Positions 53,710 through 64,000 of a stretch of DNA of 64,000 bases are shown piece by piece (within the stretch, counting starts at the first letter, position 1; every line of letters starts with the position of its first letter). A program made the position numbers and the translations under genes. Source of the stretch: Terriglobia bacterium (lineage in GTDB: Bacteria; Acidobacteriota; Terriglobia; Bryobacterales; Bryobacteraceae). Where the stretch lies: positions 2,518,740 to 2,582,739 of the forward strand of contig CAVXFF010000001.1 in assembly GCA_963760955.1 (NCBI GenBank). Reading direction: 5' to 3'. Below the pieces are notes generated by a model, which did not search any database, was not told where the DNA came from, and saw only the letters and a list, made by a program, of their open reading frames with translations.

Positions 53710-54357
53710 ATGGCCGCTATATTTCCCAAGTCGTCTGACATCGTACTCAAGGTGGCAGGCGCAGTGATCGGACTGGGTCTGGTGACCACAGTCGCCGCCT
53801 ACGCCTATTTTAGTTATCCGACCGTCATCGATACCGGCTACCAGCCGCAGCAACCGGTGCCGTACAGCCATAAGCTGCACGCCGGGCAGATGGGCATGGA
53901 TTGCTTCTATTGCCACTATACGGTGTATCGGGGCGCGTTTGCCGCCATTCCGGGCACCGAGGTCTGCATGGGCTGCCACACCAACGTGCGGGAGAAGAGC
54001 CCGCGCCTGGAGCTGGTGCGCAAGTCTTACGCGACGGGCGAGCCGATTCCGTGGATCAAGGTGCATGACCTGCCGGACTACGTGTTCTTCAACCACCAGG
54101 CGCACGTGACCGCCGGAGTAAGCTGCGTAAGCTGCCACGGGCGCGTGGATCAGGAAGTGGAGGTCCGCCAGCAGCAGCCGCTGAACATGGCCTGGTGCCT
54201 GGACTGCCACCGCAATCCGGCGTCGCGCATCCGGCCGGCGGACCTGGTGACCAAGCTCGACTGGGTTCCGGACCGCGATCCGGCCGAGATCGGGCGGGAG
54301 ATTATCGAAGCAAAGGGGCTCCATCCGCCCACGAATTGCTCGGGGTGCCATCGATGA
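53710..54357 (+). CDS. actA: Alternative complex III subunit ActA (pentaheme cytochrome c)
   Basis: ATG at 53710 after AAGGAAACG and an N-terminal TM. Five CxxCH motifs (CFYCH, CMGCH, CVSCH, CLDCH, CSGCH). Confidence 0.88.
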   Translation: MAAIFPKSSDIVLKVAGAVIGLGLVTTVAAYAYFSYPTVIDTGYQPQQPVPYSHKLHAGQMGMDCFYCHYTVYRGAFAAIPGTEVCMGCHTNVREKSPRLELVRKSYATGEPIPWIKVHDLPDYVFFNHQAHVTAGVSCVSCHGRVDQEVEVRQQQPLNMAWCLDCHRNPASRIRPADLVTKLDWVPDRDPAEIGREIIEAKGLHPPTNCSGCHR

Positions 54358-57350
54358 GTTTAGTTCAGATCAAAACGGGCCAGAAGCCCAAGTTGACCGG
54401 CAAGAAGTACTGGCGCAGTCTCGACGAGCTGGCCGACACGCCCGAGTTCCGCAACTGGGTGAGCGAAGAGTTTCCGACCACCGCGGTGATGATGGACGGC
54501 AGCTCGCGGCGCACCATCCTGAAGCTGATGGCGGCTTCGTTCGGTCTGGCCGGGCTGACGGCGTGCAGCCGGCCGGAGATCAACATCAAGCCGGATGCGC
54601 GCTACCAGATGGATTACGTGCCGGGCGCCTCCTACAACTACACGTCGGCCATGGTGCTGAACGGGCACGTGCAGGGGCTGGTGGTCGAGACCTACGACGG
54701 CCGGCCGGTGAAGATCGAAGGGAATCCGGATCACCCCGACAGCCTGGGCGCGGCGACCGCGCTGGCGCAGGGCAGCATCCTGGACGTCTACGATCCGGAC
54801 CGCGCGCAGCAGGTGATGAATGGCGACGAGGCGTCGACCTGGGAAGCCTTCGATGCCGCCGTTGGAAGCCTGAACCTGGGCGACGGCGCGGGGCTGCGGT
54901 TTCTGAGCGAGCCGGTGGTTTCTCCCACGCTCGACAATCTGCGGACCGAGGCGCTGACGAAGTTCCCTGGGGCGAGCTGGGTGGAGTACGACGCCGTCAG
55001 CCGTGAGAATGAGCGTGCCGGGACGATGCTGGCGTTCGGGCAGGCGCTCGACGTGCATCCGCGGTTTGACCGGGCGAGCGTGATTGTCTCGCTCGACTAC
55101 GATTTTCTGGGCACGGATTATCCGACACCGCTGGCGACCAAACGGTTCTCCGAGCGGCGGCGCTGGCAGACCGAAGAAGAAATGGAGCGGCTCAGCCGTC
55201 TGTACATCGTCGAGAGCCAGTTTTCGCTGACTGGCGCGCAGGCCGAGCATCGGCTGCGGTTGCGCGGCAGTGAAGTCCGGCAGTTCGCGCAGGACTTGCT
55301 TACGGCGGTGACCGGTACGGTGGCCGCAGGCGGCGAACGCCGGGCGCAGGTGCTGGCGGCGGCCGCGGCGGATCTCAAGGCGGCGGGCGCCGAAGCGCTG
55401 GTGGTCGCGGGTCCGCGGCAACCGGCGGAGGTCCACGCGCTGGCGTATCAGATCAACCAGGCGCTGGGATCGCTGGGCGAGACCGTGACCTTCACGGCCG
55501 TGCCGGCCAGGACGCGCGTGGCGACGGGTGTTGCCGCATTGCAGGCGCTGACCAACGAGATTAACTCAGGCCAGGTGACCACGCTGGTGGTGTTCGGTGG
55601 CAACCCGGCTTATTCGGCTCCGGCGGACTTGCAGTTCGCGATGGCGATGGGCAAGGTCGCCAACACGATTTATCTGGGCACGGACACCAACGAGACCGCG
55701 GCGGCGGCCAAGTGGCGCCTGCCCGAGGTGAATTACCTGGAAACGTGGGGCGATGTGTGGGGCTCGAACGGGATCGCGACGATCCAGCAGCCGATGATCG
55801 AGCCGCTGTACGGCGGACGCAGCGCCATCGAAGTGATGGCCGTGCTGCTGGGCATGGAGCAGAAGAAGGGCTACGACATCGTCAAGAATTACTGGACGTC
55901 GCAGTGGCCCGTGGGCGACCGGTCACGCGAGAACACGTGGCGGGCGGCGCTCAACAACGGCGTGCTGCCGGGAACGGCGCTGGCCGAGGTGCGGCCGGCG
56001 CTCAATGCGGCGGCGATTCAGGGAGCGGCGGCAGCGGGTGCGCCGAACGGGATCGAAGTCGCCTTCGTGCCGAGCGCGGCCACCTGGGACGGCCGCTGGG
56101 CCAACAACGCCTGGCTGCAGGAGACGCCGGATCCGATCACCAAGCTGGTTTGGGGTAATTCGGTGATGGTCAGCCCGGCCATGGCGCGCTCGCAGAATCT
56201 GGCTTCGGGCGACATGGTGGCGGTTTCAAAGGGCGGCGCGAGGCTGGAAGCCGCGGTGCTGGTGCAGCCCGGGCAGGCCGACAACTCGGTGACGATTTCC
56301 CTCGGCTATGGCCGCCAGCGCGTGGGCCGCGTGGGCACCGGAGTGGGCTTCAACGCGACGGCGCTGCGCACGGCCGACGGGTTCTGGTACGGGCAAGGCT
56401 TCGCGATGGAAAAGATCGCCGGCTCGCACGTGCATGCGACCACCCAGGAATACGGGCGGATGACCGAGCCCGAGAATCTGGGCGGCAAGACGAGGCCGCT
56501 GTATCGCGAGGTTTCGATCGACGAATACCGCAAGGAACCGGCGGTGATCGCCGAGATGGAGGAGACCGAGGATCTCGAGTCCCTGCATCCGAAGGTGGCC
56601 GACTACAGCAAGGGCTACCAGTGGGGCATGGCGATCGACCTGGGCGCCTGCACCGGCTGCAACGCCTGTGTGGTGGCCTGCCAGGCCGAGAACAATACTC
56701 CGATTGTCGGCAAGGAGCAGGTGCTGCACGGCCGCGAGATGCACTGGATCCGCATCGACCGCTACTACGTGGGCTCGGAAGACGACCCGCGGGCCGTCGA
56801 GCAGCCGCTTCCGTGCATGCAGTGCGAGAACGCTCCCTGCGAATACGTTTGCCCGGTGCTGGCGACCACGCACAGTCCCGAGGGCCTGAACGACATGGCC
56901 TACAACCGCTGCGTAGGCACGCGGTACTGCGCCAACAACTGTCCGTTCAAGGTGCGGCACTTCAACTTCCTGAACTATCGCAAGAACGATCCGGAGATTC
57001 TGGCGATGGTGCACAATCCGGAAGTGACCGTGCGCATGCGCGGCATCATGGAAAAGTGCACCTACTGCGTGCAGCGCATCGAGGCGGCGCGTATCAGCGC
57101 CAACGTCGCCGGGCATCAGCAGATACCGGACGGCGGCATCGTCACGGCCTGCCAGCAGACCTGTCCGGCCGAGGCGATCGCCTTCGGCAACATCAACGAT
57201 CCGAATAGCCGGGTAGCCAAGCTCAAACAGCATGAACGAAATTACGTGATGCTGGCGCAGCTTAATATCCGGCCGCGAACTTCTTACCTGGGGAGAATCC
57301 GCAACGTGAATCCCACGCTTGAGCCAGCCGAGCAGGAGAGCAACGCATGA
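54354..57350 (+). CDS. actB: Alternative complex III subunit ActB (molybdopterin-oxidoreductase-like plus 4Fe-4S domains)
   Basis: The ATG overlaps the actA stop (ATGA). Tat-like [21 protein letters not shown]. FeS cluster motifs [37 protein letters not shown] and CTYCVQR. Confidence 0.9.
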   Translation: MSLVQIKTGQKPKLTGKKYWRSLDELADTPEFRNWVSEEFPTTAVMMDGSSRRTILKLMAASFGLAGLTACSRPEINIKPDARYQMDYVPGASYNYTSAMVLNGHVQGLVVETYDGRPVKIEGNPDHPDSLGAATALAQGSILDVYDPDRAQQVMNGDEASTWEAFDAAVGSLNLGDGAGLRFLSEPVVSPTLDNLRTEALTKFPGASWVEYDAVSRENERAGTMLAFGQALDVHPRFDRASVIVSLDYDFLGTDYPTPLATKRFSERRRWQTEEEMERLSRLYIVESQFSLTGAQAEHRLRLRGSEVRQFAQDLLTAVTGTVAAGGERRAQVLAAAAADLKAAGAEALVVAGPRQPAEVHALAYQINQALGSLGETVTFTAVPARTRVATGVAALQALTNEINSGQVTTLVVFGGNPAYSAPADLQFAMAMGKVANTIYLGTDTNETAAAAKWRLPEVNYLETWGDVWGSNGIATIQQPMIEPLYGGRSAIEVMAVLLGMEQKKGYDIVKNYWTSQWPVGDRSRENTWRAALNNGVLPGTALAEVRPALNAAAIQGAAAAGAPNGIEVAFVPSAATWDGRWANNAWLQETPDPITKLVWGNSVMVSPAMARSQNLASGDMVAVSKGGARLEAAVLVQPGQADNSVTISLGYGRQRVGRVGTGVGFNATALRTADGFWYGQGFAMEKIAGSHVHATTQEYGRMTEPENLGGKTRPLYREVSIDEYRKEPAVIAEMEETEDLESLHPKVADYSKGYQWGMAIDLGACTGCNACVVACQAENNTPIVGKEQVLHGREMHWIRIDRYYVGSEDDPRAVEQPLPCMQCENAPCEYVCPVLATTHSPEGLNDMAYNRCVGTRYCANNCPFKVRHFNFLNYRKNDPEILAMVHNPEVTVRMRGIMEKCTYCVQRIEAARISANVAGHQQIPDGGIVTACQQTCPAEAIAFGNINDPNSRVAKLKQHERNYVMLAQLNIRPRTSYLGRIRNVNPTLEPAEQESNA

Positions 57351-58768
57351 GCACGGTTCGGCAAAATACGCAATTGATGGGGGTCAACCCGCCGCTGGTG
57401 CAGGGCGGCAAGGACCTGCATGACGTCACCGAACAGATCAGCTCCATTGTGGAAGGCGACGTCGTCAAGACGCCGCTGAAGTACTGGATTACGCTGGCCT
57501 GCACGGGGACGTTCGCAGTGGCCATGGTCCTGGTGCTGGCCTGGGTGGTGGCCAACGGCATCGGCACCTGGGGCAACAACAAGCCGGTGGGCTGGGCCTG
57601 GCCGATTACCAACTTCGTGTGGTGGATCGGTATCGGCCACGCGGGCACGCTGATTTCGGCGATTCTGTTTCTGTTCCGGCAGAAGTGGCGCACCTCGATC
57701 AACCGGTCGGCCGAGGCCATGACGCTGTTCGCGGTGATGTGTGCGGGCATCTTCCCGCTGTTCCACACCGGGCGGCCGTGGCGCGCGTTTTACTGGCTGT
57801 TCCCCATTCCCAATACCGACATCAACATGTGGCAGAACTTCCGCAGCGCCCTGATCTGGGACGTGTTCGCGGTCTCCACCTACTTCACCATCTCGCTGTT
57901 GTTCTGGTACACCGGGCTGGTGCCGGATCTGGCGACGCTGCGCGACCGGGCGAAGTCGAAGGTCCGGGGCTGGATTTACGGGTTCCTGAGCCTGGGCTGG
58001 CGCGGGTCGGCGCGGCACTGGCGGAATTATGAAGCGGCCTACCTGATTCTGGCGGGCATCTCGACGCCGCTGGTGCTTTCGGTGCACTCGGTGGTCAGCT
58101 TCGACTTCGCGATCGCGGTGATTCCGGGCTGGCACACGACGATCTTCCCACCCTACTTCGTCGCCGGCGCGATCTTCTCGGGATTCGCCATGGTGATGAC
58201 CTTGCTGGTGATCGCGCGCTGGACGCTCAACCTGCAGGACCTGATCACCATCAAGCACCTGGAAAACATGAATAAGATCATCCTGGTTACGGGATCGATC
58301 GTGGGCTACGCCTACACCACCGAGTTCTTCATCGCCTGGTATTCGGGCAATCCGTACGAGCAGTTCACGTTCATGAACCGGGCCTTCGGCCCCTACTGGT
58401 GGGCGTACTGGATGATGATGAGCTGCAACGTGATCACGCCGCAGTTCTTCTGGTTCAAGAAGCTGCGCCGCAGCGTGCCGTTCATGTTCGTGATGTCGAT
58501 CATCGTGAATATCGGCATGTGGTTCGAGCGCTTCGTGATTATTGTCAGCAGCCTGGCGCGCGACTTCCTGCCAAGCTCGTGGGGCTACTTCAGCCCGACC
58601 TGGGCCGACATTCTGACGTTTGCCGGCACCATCGGTTTCTTCCTGACATTGTTCCTGCTGTTTGCCCGGTTCCTGCCGCTGATTGCGGTTTCGGAAGTGA
58701 AGGGTGTACTGGCGCAAGAAAAACACGCCTTCACGCCGGAGGAGAGAGGAGTCAAGATCCATGCCTAA
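57347..58768 (+). CDS. actC: Alternative complex III subunit ActC (NrfD/PsrC-like quinol-interacting membrane subunit)
   Basis: ATGA overlap with actB. Polytopic, with NrfD-like blocks [24 protein letters not shown] and [15 protein letters not shown]. Confidence 0.88.
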   Translation: MSTVRQNTQLMGVNPPLVQGGKDLHDVTEQISSIVEGDVVKTPLKYWITLACTGTFAVAMVLVLAWVVANGIGTWGNNKPVGWAWPITNFVWWIGIGHAGTLISAILFLFRQKWRTSINRSAEAMTLFAVMCAGIFPLFHTGRPWRAFYWLFPIPNTDINMWQNFRSALIWDVFAVSTYFTISLLFWYTGLVPDLATLRDRAKSKVRGWIYGFLSLGWRGSARHWRNYEAAYLILAGISTPLVLSVHSVVSFDFAIAVIPGWHTTIFPPYFVAGAIFSGFAMVMTLLVIARWTLNLQDLITIKHLENMNKIILVTGSIVGYAYTTEFFIAWYSGNPYEQFTFMNRAFGPYWWAYWMMMSCNVITPQFFWFKKLRRSVPFMFVMSIIVNIGMWFERFVIIVSSLARDFLPSSWGYFSPTWADILTFAGTIGFFLTLFLLFARFLPLIAVSEVKGVLAQEKHAFTPEERGVKIHA

Positions 58769-59354
58769 GCCCGCCGATCCGGCCGTGATGATCGCCCAGA
58801 TCAAGGACAAGCTGGGGATCGGAGACGACAAGGTCTACGCCGCCATGGGGACGTTTGCGAGCCCCGAGGAACTGGTGGAAGCCGGCAAGAAGGTCTACGC
58901 CATGGGCTACCGGCGAATCGATGCGATGACGCCGTTCCCGGTGCACGGCATCGACGAGGCCCTGGGGATCCCGCGGTCGAAGATCGGCTACATCGCCATC
59001 TGCTTCGCGATGCTGGGCCTGCTGACGGCGCAGTTGCTGATCTACTACGTGGGCGAGATCAACTACCCGCTGGTGGTGGGAGGCAAGCCGCTGTTCGACT
59101 TCACCTTCACCATTCCGGTGACCTTCGAGCTGACGATTCTGTTCACCGGGATTTCGACCACCATCGGCATGTTCGCGCTGAACGGGCTGCCGCGGCTTTA
59201 CCATCCGTCGATGAATTACCGCAATGCGCACCGCGCCAGCGACGACCGCTTCCTGCTGATGGTGGAAGGCGACGATCCCAAGTTCCATCCGCAGTCGACG
59301 GCCGAGGATCTGCGCAGCCTGGGCGCGATTGACGTGGAGGTGGTGGAAGGATGA
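58761..59354 (+). CDS. actD: Alternative complex III subunit ActD (DUF3341)
   Basis: The ATG at 58761 overlaps the actC end. [38 protein letters not shown] plus two TM helices. Confidence 0.85.
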   Translation: MPKPADPAVMIAQIKDKLGIGDDKVYAAMGTFASPEELVEAGKKVYAMGYRRIDAMTPFPVHGIDEALGIPRSKIGYIAICFAMLGLLTAQLLIYYVGEINYPLVVGGKPLFDFTFTIPVTFELTILFTGISTTIGMFALNGLPRLYHPSMNYRNAHRASDDRFLLMVEGDDPKFHPQSTAEDLRSLGAIDVEVVEG

Positions 59355-60040
59355 AGACCTCCGCACTGATTCTGGCGATGCTGGCGCTGGCCGGCTGTTC
59401 GAATATTCAGCGGGATCCGCCGTTCCAGTTGTGGCCCGATATGCGGCTGCAGCCCCGGTTCGAAGCACAGGGGGCGACCGGGCTGTTCCCGGACGGGCGG
59501 CAGAGCCGGCGTCGGCCCGACGGAGTGGTGGCGCGCGGGCACCTGCTCGAAGACAACATTTTCAACACCGGGCTGCTGGACAACGGAGACTACGTCGGCA
59601 AGATGCCGATCGAGGTGACCGAGGACGTGCTCACCGAAGGGCACTGGCGCTTCAATACCTATTGTTCGCCGTGCCATGACCAAACCGGGCTGGGGAAGGG
59701 CATGGTCCCGCAACGCTGGACCGCCTGGCATCCCGCCAACCTCATGGACCAGACGATCGTGGATCTGGCCGACGGCGATATTTTCAACGTGATCACCTAC
59801 GGCCGTCGCACCATGCCGCCGTACGGGGCGCAAAACCGTCCGGCCGAGCGCTGGTCGATTATCGCCTACCTGCGTGTGCTGCAGCGGTCGGCGCACGGGA
59901 CGCTGGCCGACGTGCCGCCCGAGGAGGTCTCGAGCCTCGAATACAAACCGCCACCGCCGGGCGAGGAGCCGCAGCCGCCGATCGATCCAAACGCGCCGGT
60001 GATCGCGCCGAAGCTGACGCCCGAGGAGATGAAGAACTAA
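59351..60040 (+). CDS. actE: Alternative complex III subunit ActE (monoheme cytochrome c lipoprotein)
   Basis: ATGA overlap. Lipobox LALAGCS, a single CSPCH haem motif and a downstream Met ligand context RTMPPYG. Confidence 0.85.
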   Translation: MKTSALILAMLALAGCSNIQRDPPFQLWPDMRLQPRFEAQGATGLFPDGRQSRRRPDGVVARGHLLEDNIFNTGLLDNGDYVGKMPIEVTEDVLTEGHWRFNTYCSPCHDQTGLGKGMVPQRWTAWHPANLMDQTIVDLADGDIFNVITYGRRTMPPYGAQNRPAERWSIIAYLRVLQRSAHGTLADVPPEEVSSLEYKPPPPGEEPQPPIDPNAPVIAPKLTPEEMKN

Positions 60041-60041
60041 C

Positions 60042-61256
60042 ATGGAACACTCGCATACCGCGACGCACGATCAACCCGCCGACAGCTATCAGCTCGAAGC
60101 GGGGCGCTGGGCCACGGGCCGCAATGCGCTGATGCTGCTCGCGCTGATCTCGATCATCGCTTCGGTGGCCGGCTACATTGTCGACGAGGACCGCTTTTTC
60201 CGGTCCTACCTGGTGGCGTTCACCTTCACCTCGGCCATCGGGCTGGGGGCGCTGTTCTTCGTGCAGGTGCAGTATCTGACCGGATCGGCCTGGAGCGTGG
60301 TGCTGCGGCGGATCATGGAAAACATCATGGTTACGCTGCCGCTGGGCATCGTCCTGTTTATCCCCATCGCGCTGGGGCTGGACCACATCTATCCGTGGAC
60401 GGACCGGACGCTGATGATGGGCAACGAGATGCTGGCCTCGAAATCGGGTTATCTCGATTCGACGCCGTTTCTGATTCGCACGGCGGTGTACTTCACCCTG
60501 TGGTCGATCTGGGTGTTCAACATTTACCGGCAGTCGCTCAAGCAGGACACCTCGCACAGCGTGCAACAAATGTACGTGATCAGCCGGTGGAGCGCGCCGG
60601 GGCTGTTCCTGGTGGTGGCCGTCGGGACGCTCGCGACGTTTGACTGGTTGATGTCGCTGATGCCGGCCTGGTATTCGACCATCTTCGGCCTGTATTACCT
60701 GGCGAACGGATGTCTGGCGTTCATGTCCGTGGTGACGCTGGTGGCCCTGGCGTTCCGCAAGAGCGGCGTGCTGGCCAACACCATCACCATGGAGCATTAC
60801 CACGACCTGGGCAAGTGGCTGTTCGCGCTGACCTGCTTTTACACCTACATGGCCGTCTCGCAGTTCCTGCTGATCTGGTTCGCGGATCTGCCGGAGGAGA
60901 CGATTTTCTTCCGCAACCGCGCCGTTGGCGTGTGGCTGATCATCAGCCTGGCGCTGCCGTTCCTGCGGTTCTTCATACCGTTCTTCGTGCTGATCGCCCG
61001 CCCGGCCAAGCGGCGGCTGGCGCTGATTGGGGCGGTGGCGGTTTACAGCCTGTTCATGGTTTACCTGGACCTGTACTGGATCGTGATGCCCAACTTCTAT
61101 CCGGAGGGCCCGGAGATTCACTGGTTGGACTTCGCCACGCTGGGCGTGACGCTCAGCCTGACCGGCCTGGTGTTCTGGAGCCGCTTCAAGAAACACAAGT
61201 TGATGCCGGTGGGCGACATGCGGTTCGAACAGAGCCTGCACTTCGAAAATGCGTGA
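60042..61256 (+). CDS. actF: Alternative complex III subunit ActF (second NrfD-like membrane subunit)
   Basis: Starts 1 nt after the actE stop. Polytopic 404-aa protein in the canonical position after actE. Confidence 0.8.
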   Translation: MEHSHTATHDQPADSYQLEAGRWATGRNALMLLALISIIASVAGYIVDEDRFFRSYLVAFTFTSAIGLGALFFVQVQYLTGSAWSVVLRRIMENIMVTLPLGIVLFIPIALGLDHIYPWTDRTLMMGNEMLASKSGYLDSTPFLIRTAVYFTLWSIWVFNIYRQSLKQDTSHSVQQMYVISRWSAPGLFLVVAVGTLATFDWLMSLMPAWYSTIFGLYYLANGCLAFMSVVTLVALAFRKSGVLANTITMEHYHDLGKWLFALTCFYTYMAVSQFLLIWFADLPEETIFFRNRAVGVWLIISLALPFLRFFIPFFVLIARPAKRRLALIGAVAVYSLFMVYLDLYWIVMPNFYPEGPEIHWLDFATLGVTLSLTGLVFWSRFKKHKLMPVGDMRFEQSLHFENA

Positions 61257-61262
61257 GGAAGC

Positions 61263-61715
61263 ATGAGCGAAAAATACGATCACGAGATGCCGCATCACGA
61301 TCCGTCGGAAGGCTTCGACGATACCGAACCCGCGGCTAGAGAAATCACCTTCTTCGTGGTGGTGAGCGTGCTGACGCTGGTGGTGGTGATCGGCGCGCTG
61401 CAGTTTTACTTCAACGGCGTGTGGGACACGATGGTGGATGAGAAGGTGTTGACGGCTCCCGGGCTGGCGGTTCAGGACCAGCGCGATCTGGAGGCCTGGC
61501 GCCTGTCACACTACGAGTACACGACGCCGGCGAAGGACACCGTGCGGATCCCGTTCGAGCGCGCCAAGCAACTGTTCCTGCAGGAAGCCGCCGAGGGCAA
61601 GACGTTTTATCCGGCACTGTCCACAGTGCCCAAACCTGACGAGCCCGAAACCCCGGCCGAATCGGCCAACGAAGCCGCAGCGCCGGGCACCAACCCACAG
61701 GAGTCCAAGCAGTAG
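61263..61715 (+). CDS. Small single-TM protein between actF and SCO1, unknown function
   Basis: 150-aa ORF 6 nt after actF. One TM (ITFFVVVSVLTLVVVIGALQFYF) and a Pro/Glu/Ala-rich tail. Confidence 0.6.
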   Translation: MSEKYDHEMPHHDPSEGFDDTEPAAREITFFVVVSVLTLVVVIGALQFYFNGVWDTMVDEKVLTAPGLAVQDQRDLEAWRLSHYEYTTPAKDTVRIPFERAKQLFLQEAAEGKTFYPALSTVPKPDEPETPAESANEAAAPGTNPQESKQ

Positions 61716-61717
61716 AT

Positions 61718-62602
61718 ATGAAGCAGTTCCGCACAGTCCGCATGCTAACCGCGCTTGTGGCGCTGGGAGCGTCGTGTGCGTTCGCGCAGTCGTCGTATTC
61801 CAACCCTGGCTACACCGAATCCAAGCTTCCCCCCAACGTGCTGCCGCCGCAGTTGAAGGACGTCGGCATCAAGGAGAAGCTGCGGGCCCAGGTGGACCCG
61901 AACCTCGAATTCATCGCCGAGGACGGCTATCCCGTGAAGCTCGCCAAGTATCTGAATCACGGCAAGCCGATTTTACTCGACCTCGTTTATTACAACTGCC
62001 CGCAATTGTGCACGCTGATCCTGAACGCGCAGACCGAAACGATGCGCGAGATCGGCTGGACGCCCGGCAACGAGTACGAAGTGGTCACCATCAGCATCGA
62101 CCCGCGGGAGGACTTCGGCATGGCGCGCCAAAAGAAAGCGCAATACATGTCGAGCTACGACAAGCCGGCGCCGGGATGGCATTTTCTGGTCGACAAGGAC
62201 GGCAACGCCAAGCGGCTGGCCGAATCGATCGGCTTCAACTACTCCTATGATCCGCGGATTGAGCAGTATGCTCACCCGGCGGCCATCATGGTGCTGACGC
62301 CGCAGGGGAAGGTTTCACGGTATCTGTACGGGATCACCTACAAGGCGCAGGATCTACGGTTCGCGCTGGCGGAAGCCTCGGAGAATCGCGTGACAGTGGC
62401 AGTGGAGAAGATTCTGTTGTTCTGCTATCAGTACGACCCGACCACCGGCCGCTACGTGCTGTTCGCCTCGAACTTCATGGAGTTCGGGGGTGCGCTGGTG
62501 GCGCTGCTGTTCGCCTGGGGCTGGTGGAAGCTGGTGAGGTCGGACCGCAAGCGGATGAAGGAGCAGGCGGCGCTCAAGGAACAACGGGAAAGGATGGCGT
62601 AA
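61718..62602 (+). CDS. SCO1/SenC-family copper chaperone
   Basis: Signal peptide, thioredoxin-fold CxxxC (YYNCPQLCT), conserved His context YAHPAAIMVLTP and a C-terminal TM. Confidence 0.85.
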   Translation: MKQFRTVRMLTALVALGASCAFAQSSYSNPGYTESKLPPNVLPPQLKDVGIKEKLRAQVDPNLEFIAEDGYPVKLAKYLNHGKPILLDLVYYNCPQLCTLILNAQTETMREIGWTPGNEYEVVTISIDPREDFGMARQKKAQYMSSYDKPAPGWHFLVDKDGNAKRLAESIGFNYSYDPRIEQYAHPAAIMVLTPQGKVSRYLYGITYKAQDLRFALAEASENRVTVAVEKILLFCYQYDPTTGRYVLFASNFMEFGGALVALLFAWGWWKLVRSDRKRMKEQAALKEQRERMA

Positions 62603-62612
62603 GAGCCGAAGA

Positions 62613-63587
62613 ATGCAATACAGCGTAATGGATTGGATCACGGGGCGGTTCATGCTGCCCCCCCAGGGCTCGGCGTACGCCGGGGAGGTCGATTCGGTCT
62701 TCCTGGGCTTGTACTGGCTGAGCATGGTGTTGTTCCTGATGATCACCATCCCGGCGATATACTTCGCTTGGCGTTATCGCTACAAGCCCGGCCGGGTGAC
62801 GCCGCACCAGACGCACAACACGACACTCGAAATCATCTGGACCGTTCTGCCCTTGCTGCTGTGCGTGGGGATTTTCTTCTGGGGCTTGAACGGCTACATG
62901 AAATTCGTGGTGGCGCCGGGCGAGGCGATGGAGGTCCTGGTGACCGGCAAGCAGTGGCTGTGGACTTTCGAGTATCCCGACGGTTCACGCACGGTCAACG
63001 ATCTGCACGTGCCGGTGGACAAGCCGGTCCGCCTGGTGATGACCAGCGAGGATGTGCTGCACGACTTCTTCGTGCCGGACATGCGTGTGAAGCACGACGT
63101 GGTGCCGGGCCGCTACACCGAAATCTGGTTCCAGCCGACGGTGATGGGTGAGCATAACTTTACGTGCGCCGAATACTGCGGCAAGGACCACTCCAACATG
63201 AAGGGAACCCTGACGGTGGACACCGAAGAGGACTTCCGCAAGTTCATGCTGACGGGCGGCACCGAGTGGGAGAAGTACTTCCCGCCGAACTCCAACCGCC
63301 AGGCCGAGTGGGGCGCCGTCCAGTATGAGCGCAAGGGCTGTAACGCCTGCCATTCGGTGGACGGAACCACGAGCAAGGGTCCCACCTGGAAGGGCATCTG
63401 GGGGACAATGGTGGAATTGAACGACGGAAGCAAAGTGCTGGTGGACAACGCCTATGTGCGGGAGTCCATGACGAATCCCAAGGCCAAGGTGGTCAAGGGG
63501 TTTGAACCCATCATGCCGACGTTCCAGGGTTTGTTGCGGCCGCACGAGATGGAGGGCCTGGTGGCCTACATCCAGTCGTTGCAATAG
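62613..63587 (+). CDS. ctaC: Cytochrome c oxidase subunit II with fused C-terminal cytochrome c domain (caa3-type)
   Basis: Two N-terminal TMs. CuA site HDFFVPD...CAEYCGKDHSNM. Haem c motif CNACHSVDG with a downstream Met (PIMPTF). Confidence 0.92.
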   Translation: MQYSVMDWITGRFMLPPQGSAYAGEVDSVFLGLYWLSMVLFLMITIPAIYFAWRYRYKPGRVTPHQTHNTTLEIIWTVLPLLLCVGIFFWGLNGYMKFVVAPGEAMEVLVTGKQWLWTFEYPDGSRTVNDLHVPVDKPVRLVMTSEDVLHDFFVPDMRVKHDVVPGRYTEIWFQPTVMGEHNFTCAEYCGKDHSNMKGTLTVDTEEDFRKFMLTGGTEWEKYFPPNSNRQAEWGAVQYERKGCNACHSVDGTTSKGPTWKGIWGTMVELNDGSKVLVDNAYVRESMTNPKAKVVKGFEPIMPTFQGLLRPHEMEGLVAYIQSLQ

Positions 63588-63605
63588 GGAGAATTAGAGG
63601 AAGAC

Positions 63606-64000
63606 ATGGACCACGTACTGACAACCGGCACGCATACGGGCGACCACCCGCGGCCGGAAAAAAACTACCTCAACGAGACGACCGGGTTCAAGAGCTGGGC
63701 GACGACGCTGGATCACAAGCGCATCGGCATCATGTATCTGGTGGCGACGCTCACGGCGTTCTTCATCGGGGGCATGTTCGCCCTGTTGGTGCGCCTGGTG
63801 CTGCTGACGCCGACGCACACGTTGTTCGGCGTGACGGTCGACGCGGAGACCTACAACCGCTTCTTCACGTTGCACGGCGCGGTGATGGTGTTTCTGTTCA
63901 TCATTCCCTCGATTCCGGGGTCGCTCACCAACTTCGTGCTGCCGCTGATGCTGGGGGCCAAGGACGTGGCGTTTCCGCGCCTGAACCTGGCCAGTTTCTA
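63606..64000 (+). CDS. ctaD: Cytochrome c oxidase subunit I, 3' end beyond window
   Basis: The ATG at 63606 is not in the ORF track because there is no stop inside the window. [27 protein letters not shown] and DVAFPRLN are typical subunit I N-terminal blocks. Confidence 0.9.
   Translation, partial: MDHVLTTGTHTGDHPRPEKNYLNETTGFKSWATTLDHKRIGIMYLVATLTAFFIGGMFALLVRLVLLTPTHTLFGVTVDAETYNRFFTLHGAVMVFLFIIPSIPGSLTNFVLPLMLGAKDVAFPRLNLASF

Noticed and set aside
56226-61298. Long minus-strand ORFs (56226-57233, 57284-58831, 59859-61298) across the act operon
   Set aside because: They are antisense to genes with unmistakable haem, FeS and NrfD motifs. Their composition is His/Arg/Gln/Pro-rich nonsense.
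1-64000. Prophage, integrative element, IS or CRISPR-Cas content
   Set aside because: No integrase, transposase, recombinase, phage structural gene, cas gene or tRNA attachment site was recognised. The only horizontally acquired-looking segment is the small R-M operon.

Overview
High-GC bacterial chromosomal segment. The gene content points to an Acidobacteria genome of the Solibacter/Bryobacter type: a TIGR03437-type C-terminal domain protein, a CE15-like esterase, PEP-CTERM cargo proteins, and an alternative complex III operon fused to a caa3-type oxidase operon. This taxonomic call is an inference.

Gene layout, in order:
- 1-15940: a co-directional MoxR / DUF58 / vWA ('Bat-like') envelope cluster. 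It also carries three DUF4159 paralogs, a legumain-like protein that lacks the catalytic Cys, a TPR-HEXXH protease and a 1,223-aa Q/G-rich protein.
- 16142-28621: a YfhO-like membrane protein, a FecR-like secreted protein with Gly-Tyr and Arg/Gly/Ser-rich low-complexity regions, a class A PBP, TPR proteins and a GT39-like glycosyltransferase.
- 29008-37592: a large OmpA/PKD surface protein, RNase P RNA, a SAM methyltransferase, a TIGR03437-type secreted protein and a CE15-like esterase.
- 37874-40002: a compact, visibly lower-GC dcm / HNH endonuclease / vsr restriction-modification operon.
- 40644-53446: a TPR operon, a beta-propeller protein, two PEP-CTERM proteins, lhgO, a transglutaminase-like membrane protein, a TadG-like vWA protein and an orphan histidine kinase.
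- 53710-64000: actABCDEF, a small ORF, SCO1, ctaC and the start of ctaD.

No transposase, integrase, CRISPR array or tRNA was seen.

Most noteworthy non-genic signals:
- a REP-like double-hairpin repeat family, six copies, sitting tightly against gene ends;
- arrays of an ACGAACCCAA box at two loci that share an identical 25-nt core;
- a roughly 150-nt extended palindrome in a repeat-packed 470-nt spacer.

All family names are assigned from motifs read by eye. No database search was run.
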